A stretch of 62,786 nucleotides of DNA, filler included, from Choristocarpus tenellus KU-1152 (taxonomy: Eukaryota; Protista; Phaeophyceae): the NCBI GenBank assembly GCA_964200185.2. It is 11 parts of 11 records of this genome, joined end to end, with 100 filler letters (N's around TTAATTAATTAA, not from the genome) between each part and the next. Parts side by side here need not be neighbours in the genome. Positions count along the whole stretch, not along the records: positions 19,240 to 28,808 come from CAXNAD020003568.1; positions 28,909 to 36,644 come from CAXNAD020005660.1; 9 more parts are not named here. One strand, written 5' to 3'. Below are positions 25,083 through 36,744 of this stretch, piece after piece. The position numbers and the translations under genes are program-made. Each line of letters begins with the position of its first letter. Position 1 is the first letter of the stretch. The notes beneath the pieces are model-generated. The model did not search any database. It was not told where the DNA came from and was given only the letters and a program-made list of their open reading frames with translations.

Positions 25083-25425
25083 TGATCGTTAAGTGAGACA
25101 AAAAAAGTACATTTTGTGTGTGAAATAGGTGGAAAAGGCGGACAGGTTCTTCAGACTGAAGGGGAGCGGGAAGACCCACAGGAGAAAGGGAATTTAGAGA
25201 GATAAGGCTGGAGGATGAGTAATCCCTCAGTAGGTCACTCAGGGAGCAGTGAACAGCCAAACGTCTGGGGGGGGTTGTAAGGTCCGCTCAAACCACCCGA
25301 TATTTACCTCAAGCAGCAAATGCTGATGTCATATGAGATAACAGACTCTGAGGTTCATCTTTCAAGGAAGGGCACTTTAATGGTATCCTTGATCAGAAGG
25401 TGGCTATCATATCCCCCCCCCCCTA
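25083..25425 (-). mobile_element. Putative 3' LTR (25083-25409) with PPT
   Basis: Minus strand AGGGGGGGGGGATA then TGATAG...CGATCA inverted ends; lies downstream of the Gypsy protease relic. Confidence 0.45.
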
Positions 25426-25669
25426 TATGGGCTGATACGTCTACCAGGACAACACCGTGTCAATGGGAAATGGAGGAAGTGCATGCGTAGAAAGAAACTG
25501 ACTTGATCGTTGAAAGAAATGAAAGTCAAAGAGAATTCAACAGAAAATAGAGAAATGTAACTTGTAAATATAGTATAATATGTGCAATTTTGTTGTCTCC
25601 TATAAAAGAAAATATCACGCATCCTAAGGGGAAGATGGTGAGGATCCAACGATGTGAAAATATACATTA

Positions 25670-26680
25670 TCTGGAAGTGTCAAGGATCAAAAGCTCTCTG
25701 CAAAAGGGGGCAATCACAATCATCAGACTTAACTTTTCTTGCACTTCAGAGAGAGGGTGATGATACCGAGTTTCAAAGGTGACACCGAGTTTCACAGGTC
25801 TTCGCCCAACATTCCAAGGTTAGTTGAGGAAATCCACAACAGAACCGAAACCTTAGCCTACAATAAATATCACAGAATGAATGAGCAACGTTACAGTAGG
25901 AAGATGGATCATTCAGAATCGGAATGAATCTTGGTTCTGACAGTACTTCTGACTCTATGGTCAAATCTGGATCTTGTGGGTGTGTCAGGTTTCGTGGACT
26001 GGTCGATATGGTAAGTTCAGTGACGTGGTTGGCGCGCGCGTATGGATATGACTGCGCGCCATATCCACAAAATGTGTGTGTGGGAGATCCCAAAAAAGGG
26101 ACCTACCTGTTGTCCCTAACAATTGTTAAATCAATCATTAATACAGAGAGAGGGGCTTGTTAGATTATTGGGATGCTTCCTTAGGCCCTCACCCTGGGTT
26201 GCAGGACTAAGCTAGGTTGGAGGCACAGGATGGTAGTCGTATGGCATTGCTGGTAGTTAAATAGTAAATAGATTAGTGTCTTTCACATTTACGACTATTG
26301 TTACTTTTTTAGGGGTTATTCTGACATGTGAATGGTATTCAGTGTCATAGTATCTTAGAGGGGAGGGGTTGTTTAGCGCAGGTTGTCCAATTAGGGCTTG
26401 ATGGGGTGTTGTAAGCTGCCCCAGTTTATTGCTCGTATTGCAAGAACTTTTTCTTCGGATTTGGTTCAGTTAGAGGGGTGGAAAAGGAACGTGCGTTCAG
26501 ATGAAGGAACTTGTCCTTAAATCTGACACATTTACCCAGATGACGTGAAAATCAACACAACAGGTTCACACCGGCCCCGAATGGACACCTGACCCCCCCT
26601 CTAGGATACTATGGGTCTTCATTGGTTTTCCCCTGACACATCTGGAAAATATCAGCGGGCATAATTACAATATAAAGATA
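25670..26680 (-). mobile_element. Near-complete LTR of family LTR-1, interrupted by MITE C
   Basis: 5' part aligns to 16500-16746 (+); 3' end aligns to 36571-36644 (-), which is followed by a PBS-like site and gag. Confidence 0.7.
26342..26617 (+). mobile_element. MITE family C
   Basis: TIRs GTGTCATAGTATCTTAGAGGGG / CCCCTCTAGGATACTATGGGTC; 4-bp TSD TTCA; another C terminus at ~45226-45243. Confidence 0.85.
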
Positions 26681-27299
26681 TTTGGAAAAATATCAATTTT
26701 AAACTGTGGACAACACGGGATGGAGTCGGTCATGCACCATCAATGAAATAACTGTTAAACTCAGACCAGTTCTCCTGTTGTTAAAATTAAAACGAAAAGG
26801 GAGAAAATAAATGGGGAAGAAAGAAGAAAAATAAGTGAATAATGAAAAGAAGGCAAAAAAGGAAGAAACAAGTGTGCAAGAGTTATTTGAAAAAATGGAC
26901 TCGAGTCTTCGTCTACACATAACTGGACATGTATGAAAAAAAAATCAACTTGGTATAAGTTGATATTGATCAAGGGAAACATCTGTATTAAAAAATGTAT
27001 TCAATATATATATACTGAACGTCACAACAACCACAAATAATCGAAAGAAACACAAATGTAAATTACAGCACAACTATATATATACACACATGGATCACCC
27101 ATACATAGTATGAAGTCCAATCAAGTATTGAAACTTTTCGTGGAACAGTGTGTTCGTGTTGACTATATCTATTGGGTAGATGTGACCAAGTAGTAGAGAG
27201 TACCTTTGGGAATTGAACTGTTTGTGAAGACATATTAGCAAGTTGTACCAACCCTGAACCATTATCAGCATCATACGCTGTAACTGTTCGAGCAATAGC

Positions 27300-28700
27300 A
27301 ACAAATTGCCAAGGATATTGGCATGTAGTGAATCAATGTCATGAATTGAGCAGATACGTGGTTCTAGAACACTATCACTTATAGCAGGTAAAAGAGTTTT
27401 GCTTCCGGGGGAATAGAAATTTCTCCCTTGAGGCGAAATTGGACAGATTGAACCTTGGCTTGCGTAGCTGCTATTTGAAAAGGAGGTAATGATGAACTCT
27501 CAGAAGAAGAGGTAGTAGTAGTACGATGTATGACAGGTATTCCAGTGTTTCAATTTTGGAATATCACATCTGAGTCTGCCAATCATATTATGTTTCTCCA
27601 AAAAGCATCAAGAACACTGTTATCAACAAGAACATCATCAGGTCCTAACATGGGCAACGCCAAAGCTTCAACTGGAATAGTGATATCACCAAATTATAGA
27701 GAAATCCTGATAAGTCTCATGACGGTCAAGGGACTGCTATCTGAGAAACATGGGTTGATATAAGGTGGTGGAATAGGTTCAATACGGAAACTCTGTAGGA
27801 AGTGTGGGTAGGTAATAAATTGTAAGAAATGCATGAGATGTCACTAATCGTGTCCAAAGTTTGTGTGGCAGGAGGAATAAATTAATTTTCCCTTCACCCC
27901 GAATATGCTTAGAAGATTATTTAAGAGACAAACAATGAGAAGGACAGTGTGACAAGGCACTGGTGAACCATGTTGAAGTAGCAATATGATGAGGGTTACA
28001 GACAGTGTGCACATAAAGGAAAATAAATCGGACGTGAAGCATGCTTATTCTGGATATGCCGAGGAATATGTTTCTTTAGGGGGCGAGGGATATTGAGTGG
28101 TTCTTGAAGGTTTAGAGAGTGGTCAACTGGATGTAGGGGGCACAACCATTATTGGGTATGGCCAAGACAATCTTGAGTAATAAAGATGATGGCGGATAAG
28201 CAGTCAGTGAGTGGGATTATTTCGCATTTGAAGTATTTGCAATTGGGCAGGGGAGTGGCATTCAACATTTGCCCTCCATACTCCGAAAATATAGCATACT
28301 GGCATTTGAAAATAAAATCAGGTAAGTAGGCCATTCAAGCCCAATCAATGGTCGTTTGATCACGTTGTGCATTGTTGAGTTGAAGTGTGACATGCGTACG
28401 GAAACTTGTCGGAAGTGTAGGTACATCAATTGTAGTAGAGGGAAGATATATGTATTTAGGGAAGTTCGCTAACGACATTTTCGGCAAAGGAGTTTGGAAT
28501 AGATGTGGATTGCCTTGCATTCGTCCTGTCTCTCTTTTCTGTCAAGTTCCGAATAAGATCCATGTTTGGAGGACGTTTTCCTCGGCAGCTTCCTTCAACT
28601 CTGCGTTGATAAGCGTGATGTACAAGTCCCCAGTCGACGATGTTGACGGCGACACTGGTGGCATTGAAGAAGGCATCTGCGAAGATGCTGACGGGACTTT
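27300..28700 (-). mobile_element. Degenerate Gypsy-type gag/protease region
   Basis: LDTISDISCIS...SPLTVMRLIRISL*FGDITIPVEALALPMLGPDDVLVDNSVLDAF; many stops; upstream part unassigned. Confidence 0.55.
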
Positions 28701-29968
28701 TTAGGTCTAGCTAGGTAACAGGGGGTGATAATGGTAAGGGTTGATAGTGTAACTTTAAACGACGATACCTATTATGCTTCAATACAATTGCTTATTGATG
28801 ATTCGATANNNNNNNNNNNNNNNNNNNNNNNNNNNNNNNNNNNNNNNNNNNNTTAATTAATTAANNNNNNNNNNNNNNNNNNNNNNNNNNNNNNNNNNNN
28901 NNNNNNNNCTCTAGCACCACCATCAGCACCGGCCGAGGGGGGTCTGTGCCTGGGGGGTAAAGAGAAGGAGAAACTCCGCCAGGTAGGAGTCATGATGCTC
29001 CATCAGCACCACAAGGTCAGGGGCAAGGGGGGGCTATGCCTAAGTAACAGGGGCTACGTGTGCCAGGGGGGATCTACGCCTCGCTTTGGAGAAGAAGACA
29101 TACAACCTAGCAAAATGTAAAATGAATGTGTGTAACGGTGGGGTATGTGCTACAGTGGCAAACAAAGGGCTCTAATTTGAAAGCTACTAAATGCATCACA
29201 GATCGTTGCCTTGCCAGACACAATAAATCAAAATTTATCCCATTCTGTACCGATTATCAGCGAAATTATCGATGTCACACTGGGTCAATCCGATGCGATC
29301 AAACATTATCCTAGGGCAAGAGAAACTCAAGAACAAACAGCCCCTAAAGGAAGACAGTGAGAAAAGCAGCATTCAGCGGACAGTGATGAATGTACATAGT
29401 TGTGCTCAGACCTGCTTGGCTGCCTTTAGCTGCTGCCTTGTTGTAAATATACTTCAGTTGTTACAGCTTCCATCATATGCCACTCGCTCTTTCTTGGTCT
29501 TTGTACATTCAACCAAACAGTAGAAACACTTCTTGTGTTGTTTTCTTGCCCTTGTAATCCATCCGTCCACTGTGATCCCCCCAAATCCCCAAGACCATCT
29601 TGCTGACACATCCATCAGTTCCTCTCGTATCCACATTGATTCCGTTTTCCACCTGCAGCTTCAATAAACATCAGGGTGAAGTGGGACACAATTCCGCGAA
29701 GGTTGAAGATTGAAGGTTCCTGACATTCAAAAATACATCTAGAAAAGGACAGGTCATAAATGATTCTTAGTGAGTGTATTTCTATGAGTGGGTAAAACAG
29801 AAACGAATAATATAAAAATTGTCCTCTACTTGCAAGATATCACTTCAATACTCTGGTAAAATTTGGAGCCAGACCAGAACAAACCGGTGGAGTGACCCTC
29901 TGTTGTCTTAAGGGTTTCTCTTTGCTACTCTTATAGATACTTTTCCCCCCTTCCATTTTTCCTCTCAT

Positions 29969-30140
29969 GAGTCAAACCAATCGAGAGCTAGGCAGGTTTG
30001 TATCCTTTTGCATTCTAAGCTTCCTTTCTTTACCTGTGCAATACACTCTGTTTCATTGCTTAATGTGCTCAATAGTGTACGCAAAATTGACATGCCCTTT
30101 CCACACACAGAGTGACGCCACAACTCAGCAAAGGCTCTTT
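29969..30140 (+). mobile_element. MITE family D, partial
   Basis: GAGTCAAACCAATCGAGAGCTAGGCAGG terminus; aligns with 30538-30710. Confidence 0.75.
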
Positions 30141-30317
30141 CTGTGATTAGCTCTGGTCCCCACCCCTGGGCTCTTCTGTGCGCTCAAGTATCCTCGTTCC
30201 ATAAGAAAACCTTGTATAAAACTTGGTCATCAGCACTGGTTATTTGGATCCCCTTCACAACATACCGTATATTTTCTGCTCTTACAAACCTAACGGCTCC
30301 GTAGTAGAGTTGCTTCT

Positions 30318-30496
30318 GACCCAAAGTATCTGGGAGGGGGGAGGGATCTACACAAGGGTGTCCATTTGGGTCAAAATCAGGAAAAGTGCATTTACAGCAA
30401 CCATCCGACGCATGCAACCAAATCATCCAAAAATCGCGACATAAAAAAATTGACCCCAAATAGACAGCCGCCACCCCCTCACAGATACTTTGAGCC
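30318..30496 (+). mobile_element. MITE family B (complete, ~180 bp)
   Basis: TIRs GACCCAAAGTATCTG / CAGATACTTTGAGCC; flanking direct repeat TTCT. Confidence 0.9.
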
Positions 30497-30537
30497 TTCT
30501 CTTAATTTTGACTTGTTTGAACATTGAGTCCTATTAT

Positions 30538-30791
30538 GAGTCAAATCAAGTAAAGGGTATGCAGGTTTAGATCCTTCTGCATTCTAAGCCATCATTCTTA
30601 CCCTGTTCAATACACTCTATTTCAGTGCTTTTTGCGCGAAATAGTGTACACAAAATTGATTCCCATTTTCTCAGACAGTGTGACACCACAATTCAGCAAA
30701 GGGTATTTCTGGATTTGTACAAAGTGGCGTCTTTCTGCTCTTTCTTGGACCCCAAAATGCAATCCTGCCTCCATCTCAATTGGTTTGACTC
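30538..30791 (+). mobile_element. MITE family D (complete)
   Basis: Imperfect TIRs GAGTCAAATCAA...GCAGG / CCTGC...TTGGTTTGACTC; flanks TTAT/TTAC. Confidence 0.8.
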
Positions 30792-31390
30792 TTACACATC
30801 TCTACATAACCTACATCCTACACCTTACCATTCTACTTCACCTCGTTACTATTACATAGTACGGGTTGTTGTCCTTGCACTCACGCATGGTTGTTTTAAA
30901 AACGAAAACCTAAAATGAATAGAAATCCATGCCAAGACTGCAGCGTTATACATAGCCTGTAGGTGCTGGCTTTTCATCTCTCATGTATGTACCAAGTAAA
31001 AACAAGTAACTCTTGTCCATCCACCGGTTTCTCTGTCTGTATGCTCCAGCACCGGCTCCATACTGTTTTTCTCTCTGCAAGTTATTTAAAGTAGTATTAT
31101 TAAACTACATACTAAGTAGTAGAATAGTTCATATGTAGGTCAGATGTAGATGCAACACCTTGGCTTCAACACAACAAGCTCCCTTGCACACAAAGATGCA
31201 AGGTCTCACATCAGCTCCCTCCTCTCCTTTCTCTGACGTGTAACCCCTGGCGTGTCCAGGTCCTCCCAGAAGGTCCTATTTTCGTGATTTTCTGATTCCT
31301 TAACAAAACAGAAGCAGTTTCCCGAAAGGGACCCTTACGATCTTTTGGGCTCCTCTAGCGTACCTATCGTGTAAGGGCATTAATTCCTCT

Positions 31391-31647
31391 GAGTGAAAGT
31401 ATCTTAGAGGGTACGAATTTTGCCCTGTTTGTCCGTTTGGGGTTTGGCTACCCGTAATTTTTTTTTAACATTTTCCCACTCCAAATTTTTTCGGAGTAGG
31501 TAAAATATATGCGTTAGGAAAAGGTGTGACTGGAACAAGGATATTGACACTTCCTAACAAATACGATGGCCAAAATTACATAAAATCGCAACATTGAATT
31601 TTGTCTCTCAAATGGACGCGGCTCTACCCTCTAAGATACTTTGGCTC
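31391..31647 (+). mobile_element. MITE family A copy
   Basis: Both TIRs intact; no TSD (flanks TCT/AGA). Confidence 0.9.
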
Positions 31648-32514
31648 AGAGGCCATGCCTATTTCTACCCAGGAGTACAGTAAACAAACAGTGGATAATT
31701 TAGAGAATATTGGTGAGATGGCTTTGCGCAACGAGTCCAAGGCCACTGAACACACCATTCCTATTTATGAAGTTGGTGCTAAGGTGTGGCTACATAAACC
31801 CCACACTTCCGCAGACGCTCCTAACCCTAAGTTACTGTCCCCGTGGAGAGGACCATATGAAGTAAAAGAGAGGATAACTCCGGTAGTCTACCGTGTGAAG
31901 GCGCAGGCTGACCGTCGAGAAATCACTTTGCATATAGCACGACTTAAACCACACAAAGAGGGCCACCCTCCTGAACCAAACATTGACTCTCTCAATTCTT
32001 TATTTCTGGGCAGAATATACCTGAACCAGATATAGAACAAGGTTCGAGCGTTCAACCAATTTTAGGGTCATACTTTGTTGAGGGCATTGCATACAATAAA
32101 CCTGGAGTGGGTCGTAAATCCCCACATAACTATTCATACCGGCTTAGTTTTAGAGGTTTTGCTCCAGCTAGTGATGTCTGGTGGAAAGCAAAGGAAATCC
32201 CTCAGTGTGCAGAGATGATTAAAGCATACAGATTACGACATAATCTGGATGTTTCTCCTGACCAAAGTGTACCGACACTAATGTCTTCAAAAACTCCCTG
32301 TGACCAAGGTATACCGATGCCAGAGTCTTTTCAGTGTTCTCCACCACCCTCTGCCACAATAGCCAACGAACCATCACACTTTTCACAAACACACCTGGCT
32401 CAATCAATTGCCGCCATTGTCGTCGAGAACATTCAAGATGCTCTTGCTTCAAACCCTCAAGGTGATGTCCTTGTGGCTACATCTACTACTCAACACAGTG
32501 GGTTTCCGGCCTGA
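31648..32514 (+). mobile_element. Gypsy integrase C-terminus (GPY/F module) plus chromodomain, frameshifted
   Basis: YEVGAKVWL...KLLSPWRGPYEVKERITPVVYRV...LHIARLK; then YFVEGI...YRLSFRGFAPASDVWW...IPQCAEMIKAY. Confidence 0.85.
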
Positions 32515-32909
32515 TACAACATCAGATTCCACTAAAAGAAGTAGAGATGAAGGTTTGAATTCTTTTTCAAGGCGAACTCGTGGACGTTTTAACTGCTAAG
32601 TTGTTGACGTTTTCCCTTAATAAGTACACATATTTTTTAACCACACTCACATGGATAATTTGATGGGTCCATACACATATGGGGTGGTCAGGGCTTTATC
32701 CCTTTTTTGTCAAGTTTCGAATGGAAGAAGATCCCCATGCACCTCTTTTTGCATCTCCAAACTTGTTTTCACCATACCCGCAAAAAGAGTAATTGATGTG
32801 AATACTCGGGATGGTTATTTATAGGTTTGAATCCTCTATCTTAAGCAGTAAATCGTTGAGATCCCTCGGTCCTCTCAATGGTTTGCCCCTTAAGCAAATA
32901 AGATTTTGA

Positions 32910-34450
32910 TTAGAGCTCACCCAGTGGGAGGTAACTGTGTTCCTCGTAGGCGAGCACACGGTTTCTGCTCCACATAGTCCAAAAGATTGGAACTGGAAGA
33001 AAACTGGACCTCATCACTCCAGAACTCCGGATATAAGGGTTATTAACTATAATATTTGAAGGTGAGAAATCAAGTGATATCGTGTGGGGATGAAGGTGGT
33101 CTTGAGCAAGTGGTGTTGAGTGTTTATGGGGGTGGTCTTGGGCAAGTGATGGTGTATGTGGTTGCTTGTAAACACGTGGTCGATGTTGTGGTAGCGTGGT
33201 GTGGACATGGGTGCGGCTCCCGGAAAGTAAGATGGTTAGGGCTGGGTCTGTGATGCGGTGTGGGCAGGGTGAAAGGGTTGCCTGAGTGTGGAGTTTGTTG
33301 GAGGTGCTAGGGAGCAGTGAGTGAGGTGGGAAATGGTATGGAGGGTAATGACGGTTTGGTGGATGGTGTAGGGATAGGTGTGATTGGTGGGGGCGTAGGG
33401 TCAATGGGAGAGGTGAGTGGGGTAAGGGTGGGAGTAGGTGGTGCCGGGAGGGAAGGTGAACTTTGGGTGTCAGTTGGTCGGTAGAGTGCGTAGGTAAAGA
33501 CGGAAGGGCAGGTGTGGGAATGTTGTGGGTGAGAAGGTGGCGGGTTGGGGGGGAGGGGACACGGGGAGAAGTCCAAGAAGTACAAGGCATCCAAGCTCCG
33601 AAATTCGTGTCTGGCCATTGTAATTCAGTGTATGTGGGTGTGGGTAGTCACTGTAGCCCAGCCTGTAGTCGCCATAGCACAGGTGCAGTACACAAATGGC
33701 GGCTCGAACCAGGTACCAGCAGGACAATGAAGGACAATAAGACAGGTGATGACGAGTGTTGCTGCAACAACAGTCTAGTGATGGTGGCTTGCCAATTTGT
33801 AGGGAGATGGAGGTTCCCAGTGCCGGGGGCACTGATGGGGTGGGCAGGGGTAAAAAGGGTGTGACAAGAGGTGGTGGGTGGTGTGTTTGACAGGAGGGAG
33901 TGGCCAGGGGAGGATCTGTGCAGCCAGGGTGAGGTGTGATTGTGGTGAGGTCGGTTGTTGGTGCGTCTTGTACAGTGAGTGTGTGCTTGGTCGTGATGGG
34001 TGAGGGGGTGGGGGCATCGGGTGGTGGTGGGGTGGGGACAGAAGGACAGTTTGGAAAATGGCGCAGGTGGTTATCCAGGTTGGTGACAGCAGCTGCAGTG
34101 GAGAGAGCTAGATCAGTAGGAGTAAGCCTGAGGGGTCCCCGACTCAAGTTTAGTCTTGTGGAGGCGCATGAGACACTGGTCGGGGGTATTGCCCCCTGCT
34201 GGAGTCCAGGAAGGTCTTGCGCAGGTCTGTGGCAGGTAGCAATGAGACTTCGTAACAGCTTGTCGTCAACTTCTTCGTATGGGATGGTAGGTGGGGTAGC
34301 AGTGGTGAAAATATGAGAAGCGCACTGGATCAAAACTCGCTGGGCCCAAAGGGTCCACACAGCTCCAGATGCTCACGAAGCAGAGTTCGAACGCGGTTCA
34401 AGGGGGAGTCATCGGCAGGGGAAATAGGTGGTATTAGCTTCCGTTCCATG
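32910..34450 (-). pseudogene. Degenerate Pro/Thr-rich ORF fragments, possibly retroelement gag/protease
   Basis: Overlapping broken ORFs with weak gag- and protease-like patterns; no decisive motif. Confidence 0.3.
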
Positions 34451-35263
34451 GCGGTACAGTGGGTTTGTCTAGTGTGTATTTGGTGAAAGTACAAGAAAAG
34501 GTCGGGCAAATGTGTTGTTGTAAATTTCGATCAAGTGTTGAGGCTCATAACCTGTTGAAACCTGGATCGAATGCATTGTATATATATGTAACTGAGATGC
34601 GTAGACTACGAGTGAAGAGGAATCAGAGTGTCGTAAAGCACTAATCAGTAGAACACGTAGTCTATATTATGTATAGGTGTGATTGTGCTGCAAAGCACCG
34701 ATGTATTTATTCTGTTGTAACTGAGGTATTTGATCTCTCAGTCAAGAAATATGCAATGTGAATTCAGTATTCTTTCATGTAATACTCAACGAAAGAAGTC
34801 CATGCTCTGTGGAGAGGCTTGTTACCTTGGCTGGCAAGGGTTTCCGCGGATGGTTTTAACTCTGATTATATTAAATCCATATGTGTGTTTTATACACAGT
34901 TTGCAGAGTGGCGTTGATGCAATTTGAGAGATCAATATCAGCCACTAAAGAAATAATAATCAGCCATCAATGTACAACTGTCATCTTCTCCTGATAAGGA
35001 GATAGACTGAAAGAAAAACAAACAACAGAACAACAGAACAACATCAAAACGATATGTGATGCAACTAATGTGACGTACACTACACTATACTATTTGTGTG
35101 GAACGCAGAGCGACTGTTCTGTACTAAGGTGTTCTGATTGTAGTTGATCTGTGATGACGAACTAGTGAAAACAACGTCCAGAACGTAACAGACGAATCAA
35201 CAGTCAGTGTTGACTGGTAGAACTGTATCCTATCAACAAACAAACAGATGAGTAACCTATGTT

Positions 35264-36524
35264 TTAGCATAAATTTCCCAAGTTATCCACAGATATGCTA
35301 GAGGTCACTACATGAGCAAACGATCCTCTGTCTAGACTCGACATAACAGATGCTTGGCCAATTACTGCATCATCTAGGGTTGCGATGTTCTCGTAACGCT
35401 GAGGGTTCGGACGTAAAACTCCTAGAAAAGCAGGTAATACACCGGTACCGACATTGAACGCACAGTATCGGAGTCTGTCTATGAGAAGGGAAATCAGGGC
35501 GGTGGGGGTCAGGTTAACGGGGTCGAGGTCACACCTGTCATGTGGGTGGACTCTCAATTCACGTACAAAGGAATCGATTGACTCAATTACCCTTCTTGCA
35601 AACGCCCAAACATCCTCCTTCGGTTCCTGCCGAATATCAATCATATTGCGGGATGTTCTGTCTAAAGGATTTAGTACGTACGGAAAATTCCTTCAGGCTT
35701 ACCGCAACAAATTCCTCCCAAGAAGCTACATTCAACGTTTCATAAAATGATCGAACACTTGCTTGGTCGGGACTGGTACCTCTAGGAATTTGATGTTGGA
35801 CAAGGCGCATACACATATCTCCAAGTATTTCTTCGTATGTAGCAATCTGGTTTGCTTCCACCGACGATCTATTCACCATAGCGATAGCGCCTACTCGATT
35901 TTTGAAGATCATGAGTAACTTCCCAAAATTGGCTACAGGGGGACAACCTTGCTCTTGAACGTTTGAAAAGCGCATTGGAAGTAAATCCTTACTCGGGAGA
36001 TATTTTCTAACTAGGGGGTTGCCGTGGGTGTAATCAGAAGCAGGTGGGTTGGTTGAATCTGCAAACGAATTACTCATTTTCATGTTCAGCATTTGCATAG
36101 CCGCAGCCACCAAACCTTGATCGTACGGAGTCCCCTCCATAGCTTAATCAACAATCTTCTTGGCATAGACGGGCTGGCGGTTCATGTATGTCTGGATGTC
36201 GAATGTCACTGCCGCACTGTCTTCGTCTTTCTCTTCATGGTCTTCTCCTAGCAAGCTGTACCGGTTCAGGCCCGGATTATGGGCAGGGCCTTCCTTCAGC
36301 CTCTGCGCCACCATCCCTTCCTGCTCTAGCGAGCCACCAGGGATGCCTCTGTCTACAGACGTAGACGCGGGACTCGGTTGAGGTTGGGTGTCCCTCATTA
36401 CCTCCTTCCGTTGGCGTTGCATAGGTCGTCTTCTTCTTCCCTTTGCGTGTCGCTGACATATCTCCTTGGTACTGCTGCTGGTGTGAGCTGTTGCAGCAGG
36501 TGTGGGAGTAGTAGTGTCATACAC
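35264..36524 (-). mobile_element. Gag-like ORF of the LTR-1 retrotransposon (one stop, one frameshift)
   Basis: Three consecutive ORFs; IRQEPKEDVWAFARRV resembles the gag Q...E.V..F..R motif; directly downstream of the PBS and LTR end. Confidence 0.65.
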
Positions 36525-36551
36525 AATGTGCGTGAGTTAGCCCCCCTTGAA

Positions 36552-36644
36552 CACTAGGCGTGAGTACCACTGTGGAAGTGTCAAAGGTGCCAAGTTCTCT
36601 GCTCAAGGGGGCAATGACAATCACCGGACTGAAACTCTTTCACC
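36552..36644 (-). mobile_element. 3' end of LTR-1 5' LTR (36571-36644) and putative PBS (36552-36569)
   Basis: ...GACACTTCCACA-G-TGGTACTCACGCCTAG; LTR part aligns with 25670-25745. Confidence 0.65.
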
Positions 36645-36744
36645 NNNNNNNNNNNNNNNNNNNNNNNNNNNNNNNNNNNNNNNNNNNNTTAATTAATTAA
36701 NNNNNNNNNNNNNNNNNNNNNNNNNNNNNNNNNNNNNNNNNNNN

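Noticed and set aside
34536-35240. Possible solo Copia-type LTR (TGTTG...CAACA)
   Set aside because: Several alternative ends, none with a matching TSD or a second copy.
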